From the NCBI GenBank assembly GCA_030390025.1, contig CM059432.1, positions 36,768,001 through 36,832,000 on the forward strand: a DNA stretch of 64,000 bases, given 5' to 3'. Origin of the DNA: Squalus acanthias. Its lineage: Eukaryota. Positions 1-11,316 of the stretch are shown here, piece by piece (the stretch's first letter is position 1; each line of letters opens with the position of its first letter). A model generated the notes under the pieces. The model saw only the letters and a list, made by a program, of their open reading frames with translations, was not told the origin of the DNA and ran no database searches. Made by a program: the position numbers and the translations under genes.

Positions 1-43
1 TTCTGTTAGGTTCAGGAGATGGTTCTGTGATAGTAGATTGGCG

Positions 44-146
44 GTTAGGATCAGATCAGCCATGATCTTATTGAATGGCGGAGCAGGCTCGAGGGGCCGA
101 TTGGCCTACTCCTGCTCCTATTTCTTATGTTCTTATGTTCTTATGT
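44..146 (+). mobile_element. CR1 LINE 3' UTR with (TTCTTATG)n tail
   Basis: Same gatcagccatgatcttattgaatggcggagcaggctcgagg...ttcttatg tail as the CR1 copies ending near 4500, 21255 and 38388. Confidence 0.85.
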
Positions 147-239
147 ATGTTCAGCACAGACTAGGAATCGAACCCAGTACCTTCTGGTCTGTATGGCCCA
201 GCTTCATTTACATTTTTTATCTACTCTTTTCACGCGAAA

Positions 240-490
240 CAGAAGAACTTGCACTTATGTAGAGCCTTTAACATAGAAAAATGTCCCAGGATGCTTCACT
301 GAAGCATAATCAGACAAAAATTGATACCGAGCCAAAGAAGGAGACATCATGAGGTGTTACGATAAGTATGTTCAGAGGTGGGTTTTAAGAAAGGTCTTGG
401 AGGATAGAGGGAGGTGGAGAGGTTTAGGGAGGGAATTCTAGAGCTGAGGGCCAAGATGGCTTTAGGCACGGCCGCCAATGGTTGGGACAA
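240..490 (-). mobile_element. L2 LINE 3' end fragment (degenerate)
   Basis: Reverse complement resembles the L2 3' end at 21600-22120 (attggcggccgtgcc...tggaattccctccctaaacctctcc). Confidence 0.65.
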
Positions 491-629
491 ACATGTACAT
501 ATAAAATTAGGGCCTAGCAAATGTCTTCATCCTTATTTGTTTGGCACAAAATGAATCATTTAACCGGGAAGCCCGGCCAAGCAGCAGCTGGCGGTTCAAA
601 TGCCTCAGAACAAGTTAAATAAAAAGCTT

Positions 630-766
630 CTGATGAAAGGTCATCGACCTGAAACATTAACTCTGTTTCTCTCTCCACAGATGCTGCCTGACCTGCTGAG
701 TATTTCCAGCATTTTCTGTTTTTATTTCAGATTTCCAGCATCCGCAGTATTTTGCTTTTGTGTGGG
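630..766 (+). mobile_element. Solo Penelope family A terminal fragment starting at hammerhead motif
   Basis: Matches the terminal sequence of the GIY-YIG-bearing copies at 8279-9135 and 23822-24606; 10-bp TSD taaaaagctt at 620-629 and 767-776. Confidence 0.85.
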
Positions 767-959
767 TAAAAAGCTTATTCAATGATGCTCAATCCTCACA
801 TCTACATCTCCATGCCTGAGGAGGCCTGGGTGGTGCAGCAGATGAGAACATGAGTCTCATACACTTGTCAGTGGGCCTGAGTCCAAAGCACAAACCAAAC
901 CACTAATTTGACATGAAATTGTCAGTCTTAAAGTGTGGAAAGGAGAGGCTGGAATGTTA

Positions 960-1215
960 AGTACTGCTGCAATAGGAGTTGATCCTGTCTGTGGTTAGGA
1001 TTAAGGAAAGCTGTTGTGACAGAGGAGAGAGAGCGTTATTCTGTGCTGTACCTGACTTGGTAATGGGGCAATGTAGAGAGAGCTGTACTTTGCACCTAAG
1101 CACTGTTGTACCTGATCCAGGGATGAGGCAGGTTAGAGAGGGGTGTCCTCTGTACCTAACCACTGCTGTACTTGACCTGGGAATGGGGCAGTGCAAAGGT
1201 GTGCTGTACTGGACC
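960..1215 (+). repeat. Degenerate ~60-nt tandem repeat
   Basis: About 4 units of ctgtacctga...ggg.atggggca.tgtagag...ctgtacctaa; related units at 1840-1955 and 2824-2940. Confidence 0.65.
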
Positions 1216-1544
1216 TGAAGAAAGGCTTGAAAAATTGATGGCTTTTTCATTAGACAAAGCAGGTTAAGGGAAGATTTAATGCAGGATTTCAAGATTATGA
1301 ATGGTTTTGAGAGGGTAAACATGAAAGAATGTTTCTACTGGATGACTGATCAGCAAAGAGGGCAGATTCAAGCTCATCACCAAAACAAAGTGTTAAGTTA
1401 GAAGATTTATTTTCATACCAAGTGTTAGTAGAACAGAGAGTGTTTTACAAGTGGCTACTGAAGCAGAGACTAGAAGAAGAAGAATATAATATGACATGGG
1501 GGGAAAGACAGGGAAATGGGATTAGATTAAAGAGCTCAACTTTC

Positions 1545-1651
1545 ATTTATAATAAAAACAGAAAATACTGGAAATACTCAGCAGGTCAGGCAGCATCTGT
1601 GGAGAGAGAAACAGAGTTAACGTTTCAGGTCAATGACCCTTCGTCAGAACT
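1545..1651 (-). mobile_element. Solo Penelope family A terminal fragment
   Basis: Reverse complement of the 630-766 type; TSD aactttc at 1538-1544 and 1648-1654; sits in an old CR1 3' remnant (about 1235-1540). Confidence 0.8.
1615..1651 (-). ncRNA. Minimal type-I hammerhead ribozyme motif (PLE family A)
   Basis: AGUU CUGACGA A GGGUC AUU GACCU GAAA CGU U AACU: core boxes, stem I, stem II and palindromic ACGU in place of stem III. Confidence 0.75.
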
Positions 1652-1955
1652 TTCTTTGAAGTAGTTACAGGTCATCTGACTGACACTTCTTGTTTCCCCT
1701 CCCATTTTATTCTGATTATTAAAATGTTGGTCATCTTTCATTTTTATCAGTTCTGATATAGCTGCATAGCTGCTTGTTTTCTCCAAAGATGCTGACTGAC
1801 CTACTGAGTATTGCCAGTATTTTATGAATTTGTATCAGATTTGGGACCGTATACAAGGAGGTTTGTTCTGTATCTAACCCATGGTACAGTTGACCTGTGA
1901 GTATTTGATGGGACAGTATAGAGCGTTTTACTCTGTATCTAACTCATGCTGTACA

Positions 1956-2823
1956 TTTTTTAAATTCGTTCATGGGATGTGGGCGTCGCTGGCAAGGCCA
2001 GCATTTATTGCCTATCCCTAGTTGCCTTCGAGAAGGTGGTGGTGAGCCACCTTCTTGAACCGCTGCAGTCCGTGTGGTGAAGGTACTCCCACAGTGCTGT
2101 TAGGGAGGGAGTTCCAGGATTTTGGCCCAGCGACGATGAAGGAATGGTGATATACTTCCAAGTCAGGATGGTGTGTGCCTTGGAGGAGAACTTGGAGGTA
2201 GTGGTGTTCCCATGCCAGCTGCCCTTGTCCTTCTAGGTGGTAGAGGTCGCAGGTTTGGGAGGTGCTGCAGAAGAAGCCTTGGCGGGTTGCTGCAGTGCAT
2301 CTTGAAGATGGTACACACTGCAGCCACGGTACGCCAGTGGTGGAGGGAGTGAATGTTTAAGGTGGTGGATGGGGTGCCAATCAAGCGGGCTGCTTTGTCC
2401 TGGATGATGTCGAGCTTCTTGAGTGTTATTGGAGCTGCACTCATCCAGGCAAGTGGAGAGTATTCCATCACACTCCTGACTTGTGCCTTGTAGATGGTGG
2501 AAAGGCTTTGGGGAGTCAGGAGGTGAGACACTCACCACAGAATACCCAGCCGCTGACCTGCTCTTGTTGCCACAGTATTTATGTGGCTGGTCCAGTTAAG
2601 TTTCTGGTCAATGGTGACCCCCCAAGATATTGATGGTGGGGGATTTGGTGATGGTAATGCCGTTGAATGTCAAGGGGTGGTGGTTAGACGCTCGCTTGTT
2701 GGAGATAGTCATTGCCTGGCACATGTATGACGCGAATGTTACCTGCCACTTATCAACCCAAGCCTGAATGTCGTCAAAGTCTTGCTGCATGCGGGCATGG
2801 ACTGCTTCATTATCTGAGGAGTT
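1956..2823 (-). mobile_element. CR1/L2-group LINE, 5'-truncated, A-rich tail (YKAQVRSVMEYSPLAW family)
   Basis: ORF2 C-terminal remnants (IQAWVDKWQVTF, IYKAQVRSVMEYSPLAW); same family as 43766-45094; splits the ~60-nt tandem repeat. Confidence 0.85.
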
Positions 2824-3317
2824 GCTCTGGTAGTGTTTGTTGGGGCAGTGTAGAGGGTGTATACTCTAACCTGTGCTGTACCTGCTCTGGGAGTGTTTGA
2901 TGGGTTAGTGCAGGGGGAGTCTCACTGAACGTCTAACCAATCTCACCACACGTCAGTGACACCGTTTACATTGATGACCATTATTACACAAAATGTTTAA
3001 AAAATCCAAGTTCAAGTAACAAGTCACTATTTAAATCTGCTCCTTCCGAAGGCGCAGCAAATTTTAACACCATTCAGGCGGCTGGACAGGATATAAGTTC
3101 TCTCTCAGCCTTTGGGTATCAAGGGATACGGATTAAATGCTCTAACCTATTCGCTGCCAGGACATCAAAACTCTGCAATTATTTACCTCCTTCGATGTTC
3201 CTTTCCTTCTACAATCTGCAGATTTTTAAAACCAAGTTTGCCATCATTTAATCATTACTTTTTCTCTTCTACTTATGTCAGCTTTGCTCTGTTGGTTGCA
3301 CTCTCGCCTCAGAGCCA

Positions 3318-4502
3318 GATTTCCAGAAGGCATTCGATAAGGTGCCACATAAAAGGATACTGCATAAGATAAGAGCTCACTGAGTTGGGGGTAATATATT
3401 AGCATGGATAGAGAATTGGCTAACTAACAGAAAGCAGGGAGATGGGATAAATGGGTCATTTTCCAGTTGGCAAACGGTAACTAGTGGGGTGCCACAGGGA
3501 TCGGTGCTGGGGCCCCAACTATTTACAATCTACATTAATGACTTGGATGAAGGGACCGAGTGTAATGTAGCCAAGTTTGCAGATGGTACAAAGATGGGTG
3601 GGAAAGCAAGTTGTGCAGAGGACTCAAAGAATCTGCAAAGGGATATAGACAGGCTAAGTGAGTGGGCAAACATTTGGCAGATGGAGTATAATGTGGGAAA
3701 GTGCGAGGTTATCCACTTTGGCAGGAAAAATAAAAAAAGCAAATTATTTAAATGGAGAGAGATTACAAAATGCTACAGTTCAGAGGGACCTGGGGGTCCT
3801 TGTGCATGAAACACAAAAAGTTAGCATGCAGGTACAGCAGGTAATCTAAAAGGCAAATGGAATGTTGGCCTTTATTGCAAGGGGGTTGGAATATAAAGGC
3901 AGGGAAGACCTGCTACAACTGTACAGGGTATTGGTGAGACCGCACCTTGAGTACTGCGTACAGTTTTGGTCTCCTTATTTAAGGAAGGATATACTTGCAT
4001 TGGAGGCAGTTCAGAGACGATTCACTAGGTTAATTCCAGAGATGAGGGGGTTGACTTATGAAGAAAGGTTGAGCAGGTTGGGCCTATACTCATTGGAATT
4101 TAGAAGAATGAGAGGTGATCTTATTGAAACATATAAGATACTGAGGGCGCTCGACAAGGTAGAGGCAGAGAGGATGTTTCCCCTTGTGGGGAAATCCAGA
4201 ACTCAGGGGCATAGTTTCAGAATAAAGGGTTGTCTTTTTAGAACTGAGATGAGGAGGAATTTCTTCTCTCAGAGAGTCGTAAATCTGTGGAATTCTCTGC
4301 CCCAGAGAGCCGTGGAGGCTGGGTCATTAAATACATTTAAGGTGGAGATAGACAGATTTTTGCAAGATAAGAGAGTGAAGGGTTATGGGGAGCTGGCAGG
4401 GAAGTGGCTTTGAGCCCAAGATCAGCCATGATCTTATTGAATGGCGGAGCAGGCTCGAGGGGCCAAGTGGCCTATTCCTGCTCCTATTTCTTATGTTCTT
4501 AT
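3318..4502 (+). mobile_element. CR1 LINE, 5'-truncated (RT C-terminal half plus 3' UTR)
   Basis: PQGSVLGP, FAD(G)TK and RPHLEYCVQFWSP motifs with frameshifts and stops; ttcttatg tail. Confidence 0.92.
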
Positions 4503-4504
4503 AT

Positions 4505-4850
4505 TGTAGGTTCAAGCTCACTACGGACTGGAGCGCGTAATCCAGGCTGACACTTCATTGCAGTACTGAGGGAGCGCTGTACTGTCAGAGGTGCAGTATT
4601 TCAGAAGAGACGTTAAACCGAGGCCCCATCTGTCCCATTCAGTTTGATGTAAAAAATACTATGCTCTATTCGAGGAAGAGCAGGGTGTTCTCCAGTGTGT
4701 AGATTAGAAATTGTCCCTCAAAACCAACACCACCAAAAACAGATGATCTGGTCACTTATCTTATTTGCCTTTTGTAGGACCTTGCCGTTTGCAAATTGCA
4801 AAACAACAGTCTCTGTAGTTTAGAAGTATTCAATTGATTGTAAAGTGCAA
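4505..4850 (+). mobile_element. Deu-domain SINE (SacSINE1/AmnSINE1-like), degenerate
   Basis: cagtactgagggagcgctgtactgtcagaggtgc...gagacgttaaaccgaggcccc shared with the full copy at 63348-63792. Confidence 0.75.
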
Positions 4851-4932
4851 GCTCGCGGTAACATGGCTGGTGTCCTGCAATGTGGCCCTGCACCTACATA
4901 ACTCATTTAAAAAAATTGAGCTGACAACTTAC

Positions 4933-5100
4933 TGGCTGACGTGAGGATGGATGAAGCAAGTTTTTGACAGACTTTCTTTGCAGAGTCCTGGGGCCTCTGC
5001 TTCACTTGGGACAATAACTTCAAAGACTTCAATTTCTGAGGTGGTTTCTGATATTCTTCCTGTTTGAGTAAAGCTTCAAAGTGCACATGAAGAGGCGTGT
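4933..5100 (-). CDS. KANSL1L: KANSL1-family internal exon F
   Basis: 168 nt, phase 1-1, ttttcag|AC...GCCA|gtaagt. DTPLHVHFEALLK matches KANSL1L DVPLHFHFETLLK; DSAKKVCQKLASSILTSA matches KANSL1 DSARKDRHKLVSSFLTTA. Confidence 0.9.
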
Positions 5101-5199
5101 CTGAAAACAAAACAAGTCAACCTCATCAACATGCTTACCCCTTACATACACTACTGGTAACTAAGAACCTTATTCATTACACTCAACGTATCAACAAGG

Positions 5200-5655
5200 T
5201 ACAGTAGCCAAGTGGCTGTGGTACTAGACGAGCAAACATGAGTCCAAAATCCACCAAGGCAAGGTGGGAAAACGAACTCGATAAATCTGGCCATTTGTAG
5301 GCTGGCAACAGACTGCCATAAAAACCCAACTGGTTGACAAATATCCTTCAGGGAAGGGAGTCTTCCAGCCCCATTTGGTCTGGTCTGCACAAGACATCAG
5401 TCCCACACTACGTGGCTGACTCCTAATGTCACCAGGGCAACTAGGGATGGGCAATAAATGCTGCTTTGCCAGCAATGTCTCCTCTAATTTTTTTTGGGCC
5501 ACGTGGCCCCTTCAAAATTCTGCGCATGTGCGGTTTTTCGATTTAAAAGCCGGTGAGCTGGCTGCGCAGGACCTCCAGAGCGCTGCGCAGCCACGTGGCT
5601 TAAAGGGAACATTGCTTGCCAGTATTGCCCACCTCCCGAACAAATGAAAAAAAAA
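5200..5655 (+). mobile_element. MetaSINE-like SINE with tail of the YKAQVRS LINE
   Basis: Core ccttcagggaagg...tggtctg...cagtcccacac; tail ggcaactagggatgggcaataaatg...cccacctccc..aaaa matches the LINE end at 45020-45093; interrupted by a MITE. Confidence 0.65.
5473..5614. mobile_element. hAT-type MITE, 142 bp
   Basis: 15-bp imperfect TIRs caatgtctcctctaa / ttaaagggaacattg; 8-bp TSD tttgccag (5465-5472) and cttgccag (5615-5622). Confidence 0.8.
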
Positions 5656-6179
5656 GGTGGGATGCAGTTAACATTTCCAACCACTGATGAAACCAGAAGG
5701 TTGCATTCAGTGTGATGTACAACCTTCCTATTTATTTTCAATTTCATATTATTTTACCCAGCTCAATGAAGTTTGCTCTGACAGTCTGTCTCATTGGGAT
5801 ACTGGTCACTCTCTGGTAAAGAGGCCCCTCCAATTGGCCATTCTTCAATTACAAACTAAGACTGTGACTTCTGCAGGAGATTTGACTGTTCACAAGATAG
5901 ATATGGATGAGGGAGGTTATTAGTCTCATCATAGCCAACTCATCCAAAATAAAAGTACACTCCCTCCCCCTTAAAGATGGTGGCGGGGGGGGGAAGGTGG
6001 TAGTAGGAAAAAAAATACGGAATAAAAAAAAGGGCAGAAAATAGAAAGACTAAATAGTGGGAACATACACGTTTAATTTAATGCCAAATACATGGAACAT
6101 TCAAGAGAAAGGGCATTAAAAACCCATGAAGGCTAACAGCAATTAGTTTTAAATATAATAGTGACATTGAAACACCAAC

Positions 6180-6345
6180 CTTGAGGGAGCGACAGTATGG
6201 AGTGGTAGCAGGGCTCCATTATAGCCACACGTTCCTGTGGAGGCATGCTGGGCTGATCCATAGTCTGCATCAGGGTTTTGGAGCCACACAAAATGCACAC
6301 GTTGGGCCAGTCACAGCTACACTTGACACTGAGTGGGCGCTGGGC
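6180..6345 (-). CDS. KANSL1L: KANSL1-family internal exon E
   Basis: 166 nt, ttttgcag|GCC...CAAG|gttggt. AQRPLSVKCSCDWPNVCILCGS...ERVAIMEPCYHSILSLPQ is similar to KANSL1 GCDVNPSCALCGS...ERLSQLDSCVHPVLAFPD. Confidence 0.9.
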
Positions 6346-6477
6346 CTGCAAAAAGGGACCACATGATGTAAGTGCTTCTGTACTTTCGTATACACTGTAG
6401 CTGCTTCAGATACGAGGAACAAATTAACTACTAATGTCAACAGGAATAAACTTTGAAACGTTATCATGATCTTTCCT

Positions 6478-6880
6478 TTCTTTCTCTCCTCTCCTCCTGA
6501 AAGTGCTGACTTGTGTTGGGATCTGTTTTCATAGCCAGTGAGCACCCTCTGGTACATCACCAACACAGCCATTTTTCAGGTGCGAGCCTAGACAGCAAGT
6601 GTCGAAAAGCTGTTTGAGCATTTGAGATCATAGCCAAGCCTAATACTATACAATGTGCACACATACACATATTCCAGCAGGGATTGGTGGATAGTGGTCA
6701 GGCTTGGGGATTCTGCAATTTTCCCCTCTCAAACACACAGGCCAAATATAGCCTCCCTACTATTGCTGTCTTAATTGAGATCGTCAAATTTAGTGCCAAT
6801 AGGTGAACACATCTGGGATCTTCCTAGTCTCATTCTACTGGACTGGAGAGAATGCTAGCATTAGTTTGGTCTCTTTATGC
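6478..6880 (-). mobile_element. LF-SINE-like element (degenerate, near full length)
   Basis: Minus strand carries ctgtctaggctcgcacc...ggctgt...gtaccagagggtgct...agtcagcactttcaggaggagaggagagaaa, matching the recalled LF-SINE 3' half. Confidence 0.7.
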
Positions 6881-6959
6881 TGTTGCTTTTCTACAATCCA
6901 GTTGGTTGAGAGTGGGCAGGACATTTCTCTCAGCCAATTAACTCACCACACATGCTCTT

Positions 6960-7388
6960 CTCAAGTTTTCCCTTCCCTTTGGGAAGGAGCTGACTCATGG
7001 TTGGGTAAAATTCCATGCATACCAGCAGCCCTCTGGTACCTCATTCAAGTGACCATTCTTCAAGTATGAATCTATATAGTGGGAGGCTATTCGATCACTG
7101 CTGGGGTGAGGGATGAGGAAGGGCACGGCAGCTATGCCAGCTGAGACCAATCTCACCCACCCACCCATAGTTTACAGCAGAAGTCACTATCGCGCAATCA
7201 GGAGCGAGAACTTCAGCTGCCTTTTCTGTTCTGTGGAGTGGGAACACTGACGCCAATTGCAGCCCGACACCACCATCCTGGCTGTGATCAGCTAACTCAG
7301 CACAGACCAGGGGCTGAACCTTGGACTTTCTGGGCTACAAGTTTCACTACAGTACCACGTAATGCACTCAGCTACTGAAGCACTGGGA
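6960..7388 (-). mobile_element. LF-SINE-like element (near full length)
   Basis: Minus strand cctggtctgtgctgagttagctgatc...gctgcaattggc...ctcgctcctgattgc...tcgaatagcct...tgaagaatggtcactt...ggtaccagagggctgc. Confidence 0.8.
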
Positions 7389-7447
7389 GAATTTACAGCA
7401 GCCACAACCTATGCAATATTCGATAACTGTCAGCGAGAGTCACGTAC

Positions 7448-7652
7448 CTTTCTGCCAAGGTAACATGCCAGGCTAGATCTGACCAGCCTCCTCTTCCTGT
7501 ACCTCCGGACAGGACGAACTCTGGCGGCAACACAGCTGTTGTCCGGTGGTGATGGAGGGACGGTAAGACCATCCAGTCGCTGTCTTTTACTCAAGATCTC
7601 CTCTGTGTCTGAGCTGTCTAGTGAGCTGTTGTCCAAAGGACTGGAATGCAAA
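7448..7652 (-). CDS. KANSL1L: KANSL1-family internal exon D (WDR5-binding WIN motif)
   Basis: 205 nt, ttacag|T...AGAAAG|gtacgt. DSSDTEEILSKRQRL...DNSCVAARVRPVRRYRKRRLVR matches KANSL1 DSSDAEEQLHKKQRL...[22 protein letters not shown]. Confidence 0.92.
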
Positions 7653-7848
7653 CTGTAATATTAAAAAAGGAGATAAAAGCCAGTGAGGCAAATGATGGGA
7701 ACATTCCAAATCTTTTTTAAAAGAAATGTTATTTACACAATTAAGTCGATAACAAATCCTAAATGCTGAGTGGAAACAGTAGTGCAAAACACTACTACGT
7801 CCTTTTTTATCTCAGCCACAAGGACCTGTGCAGCATAAAGCAACTCAC

Positions 7849-7979
7849 CTGTTCAGCAGTCCGTTTAGTTGCCTTGGCGGCGTGCAGACTTTAGACAGTA
7901 GTGAAGAGCTTGAGGGGGAGCTACAGGAAGGGCTGGAGGGGCAGATGAGATTTCCCAGAGACTGTGTAAGGCGAGAACT
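7849..7979 (-). CDS. KANSL1L: KANSL1-family internal exon C
   Basis: 131 nt, tttcag|AGT...AACAG|gtgagt. SSRLTQSLGNLICP...LSKVCTPPRQLNGLLN resembles KANSL1L SAQLTEIINSLIAP...SSKSCSHKCLANGIY; phase consistent with neighbours. Confidence 0.87.
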
Positions 7980-8278
7980 CTGAAAGAGAAAATAAACATG
8001 TTGTCTTGGCTGCCTGTTGTTGACTAATAACAACCAACCCGCTCACCCGGATTTTTTTTTAATTGCAAAGAAATGAGAAGAGATTTTCACTCTGTATCAC
8101 TTTAAAGGACTTAGATTAATGGTTTTGCTTAAACAGCACATCACATTCTGGCTCGGAGGAGCTACACAGCCTTGCCAGTGAGCATATCATTGAGTGACAC
8201 CTTCAGTCAGCTAATCAGATACAGGCACACAAGCATCACAGGTAGAGACACGGCAGCACACAGCCTGCTCACACTCTT

Positions 8279-9135
8279 ACGATAGCAAAATACTGCGGAT
8301 GCTGGAAATCTGAAATAACAACAGAAAACGCTGGAAAAACTCAGCAGGCCAGGCAACATCCGTGGAGAGAGAAACAGAGTTAACGTTTCAGGTCGAAACC
8401 CTTCGTCGGAACTGAGAGAGCAAGAAATAAACAGATAAAAATGCAAGGGGGAGGCTGGGGGGAGGAATAAAAGAACAAAAGGGATGATCACGAAGCAGTC
8501 TCCTCTACATTGGGGAGACCAAACGCAGATTGGGTGACCGCTTTGCGGAACACCTCCGTTCAGTCCGGAAGGGTGACCCTGAGCTTCCGGTCGCTTGTCA
8601 TTTTAATTCACCCCTCCACGCTCACTCAGACCTCACCGTCCTCGGCCTCTTGCATTGTTCCACGGAAGCGCAGCGTAAGCTCCAGGAACAGCACCTCATC
8701 TTCCGTTTAGGCACTTTAAAGCCTTCCGGACTCAATATCGAGTTCAACAATTTCAGATCATAACCTCGGCCCCTACCACATATGTATACATTTTATCCAC
8801 TCTTTTGGTCCGTGCCTTTTTCCTTTTTTTCTCTCTCTCCCCCCACGGCAGCTGTCTATGATTCTGCCAGCATTTCACACCTTACCTTTTGTTTCTCAAC
8901 CTGTCCCATTACCATCTCATCTTGCCTTGAGCATCTCTCAATGTCTCTGCTCACTAAAGACCATCCCTTTTGTTCTTTTATTCCTCCCCCCAGCCTCCCC
9001 CTTGCATTTTTATCTGTTTATTTCTTGCTCTCTCAGTTCCGATGAAGGGTTTCGACCTGAAACGTTAACTCTCTTTCTCTCTCCACGGATGTTGCCTGGC
9101 CTGCTGAGTTTTTCCAGCGTTTTCTGTTGTTATTT
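8279..9135 (+). mobile_element. Penelope-like element family A with inverted terminal copy and GIY-YIG remnant
   Basis: LYIGETKRRLGDRFAEHLRSVRK...HFNS (about 8500-8763); near-perfect ~175-bp inverted arms at about 8312-8486 and 8962-9136; 14-bp TSD ctgctcacactctt at 8265-8278 and 9136-9149. Confidence 0.92.
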
Positions 9136-10796
9136 CTGCTCACACTCTTGGCTGGGAGATGATTCTTTTGCAACGGGTTGGTCAAGGAACATAGAGAATT
9201 AAAAACATTTTAGTAAATTAAAATGAAAAACGAGCAACTGTAGGGATTTCACTTCGCCAGCAAAGAAAAAGTTTAACACACACAGAGCCTGAGGTTCAGC
9301 TCGCTTGGAAGTTAAATCTAGAAAGTAGTGGAATTACAGTGGGTCAAGGTAGAGTCTGGAAGAGAAAGGCAGGTCTGGAATTGTGAAGGGCCTCCATCCA
9401 ATACTTAACCTGTCATTTCTCTCTCTCATACTGGCGAATCTGCTGCATATTTTCAGCAGTTTTTGTGTTTTCTTTCAGTATTCACATTTCATTTAAAAGA
9501 GACTGTGCATTTCCCATTGCTGCCACAAGAGGTCACTTTGAAGACTGAAGTCCTTGGGATAAACACTTTAAAAACAGCCAATTAAATAGAAGCCTGGCAC
9601 AAACTTTGCCCCACCTCCCCAAATCTTCACCAACTCTCTGAAAGGGAACAATTTTGGATAAGATATGGTTCCACATATTGTTACACCCATCTGTCACCTC
9701 ACCTTGCCAATTGTTCTGTAACATATGATTCTAAGGACAGGTATGAGATTTCCCGATATTGCTTCTCTCTCCAGGTCGAGGGGCTAGCACCTGCGCAACA
9801 CCAACCGAACAAAGCGACGGAGAACATGTTTTGTGTGGGCAATCCAACACACCAGTGCTTTGTTAGTTGTATCATCAGAACATAAGAAATAAGAGCAGGA
9901 GTAGGCCATATGGCCCCTCGAGCCTGCTCCGCCATTCACTGGCTGATGATCGACCACAACTCCACTTTCCCGCCCCATCTCCATATCCCTTGATTCCCCT
10001 AGAGTCCAAAAATCTATCTATCTCAGCCTTGAATATACTCAAAGACTCAGCATTCACAGCTCTCTGGGGCAGGGAATTCCAAAGATTCACAACCCTCTGA
10101 GTGAAGAAATTCCTCCTCATCTCAGTCTTAAATGGCTTACCCCTTATCCTGAGTCTATGCCCCCTAGTTCTAGACACTCCAGCCAGGGGAAACAACCTCT
10201 CAGCATCTACCCTGTCAATCCCCTTCAGAATCTTGTGTGTTTCAATGAGATCATCTCTCAATCTTCTAAACTCCAGAAAGTAGAGGCCCATTCTACACAA
10301 TCTCTCATCATAGGACAGCCCTCTCATCCCAGGAATCAATCTAGTGAACCTTCGTTGCACCGCCTCCAAGGCAAGTATATCCTTCCTTAGATAAGGAGAC
10401 TAAAACTGTGCACAGTACTCCAGGTGTGGTCTCACCAAGGCCCTGTATAATTGTAGCAAGATCTTCTTACTCTTATACTCCAACCCCCTTGCAATAAAGG
10501 CCAACATGCCATTTGCCTTCCTTATTGCTTGCTGTACCTGCATGCTAGCTTCCTGTGTTTCTTGCACGAGAACACCCAAATCTCTCTGAACACCAACATT
10601 TGAAAGTTTCTCACCATTTAAAAAATATTCTGTTTTTCTATTCTTCCTACCAAAGTGAATAACCTCACATTTCCCTACATCTGCCACCTTACTGCCCCCT
10701 CACTTAGTCTGTCTATATCCCTTTGCAGACTCTTTGTGTTCTCCTCACAGCTTACTGTCCCACCTAGCTTTGTATCATCAGCAAACTCGGATACAT

Positions 10797-11206
10797 AGAA
10801 ACATAGAAACATAGAATCTAGGAGCAGGAGTAGGCCATTCGGCCCGTCGAGCCTGCTCCACCATTCAATACGATCATGGCTGATCATCCAAATCCAGTAG
10901 CCTGTCCCTGCTTTAATCCCCACAGTACACATATCCCACCCTACCCCCGTAACCAATTCCCCCTAACATATCCCATCCTATCCCCACATATTTAATACCC
11001 CCCTAACACTAAGGGTCAATTTATCATAGCCAAATCAACCTAACCCGCACATTTTTGGACTGTGGGAGGAAACCGGAGCACCCGGAGGAAACCCACGCAG
11101 ACACGGGGAGAATGTGCAAACTCCACACAGACAGTCACTCGAGGTCAGATTCGAACCCGGGTCCCTGGCGCTGTGAGGCACCAGTGCTAACCACTATGCC
11201 ACCGTG
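10797..11206 (-). mobile_element. V-SINE (HE1-like): tRNA head, V domain, CR1-derived tail
   Basis: A box TGGCATAGTGG (11191-11201), B box GGTTCGAATC (11148-11157), V core tggagtttgcacattctccccgtgtctgcgtgggtttcctccggg, CR1-type tail ending (tttctatg)n. Confidence 0.88.
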
Positions 11207-11216
11207 TACAGCCAGT

Positions 11217-11316
11217 GTCCGACGAAGGGTTTCGACCTGAAACGTTAACTCTGTTTCTCTCTCCACGGATGTTGCCTGGCCTGCTGAGTTTTTCCAGCGT
11301 TTTCTGTTGTTATTTC
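11217..11316 (+). mobile_element. Penelope family A terminal fragment with CCGACGA hammerhead variant
   Basis: Near-identical to 9038-9136; ends at the same gttgttatttc terminus. Confidence 0.85.

Noticed and set aside
1745..1845. Additional hammerhead motif in an old PLE terminus (also about 9400-9480)
   Set aside because: Core is decayed (no intact stem II or GAAA), so it was not counted.
3187..3215. Possible 29-nt minus-strand micro-exon (ctgcag|ATTG...GGAG|gtaaat) in phase with exon F
   Set aside because: Weak polypyrimidine tract and no recognisable KANSL1-family similarity; needs RNA-seq.
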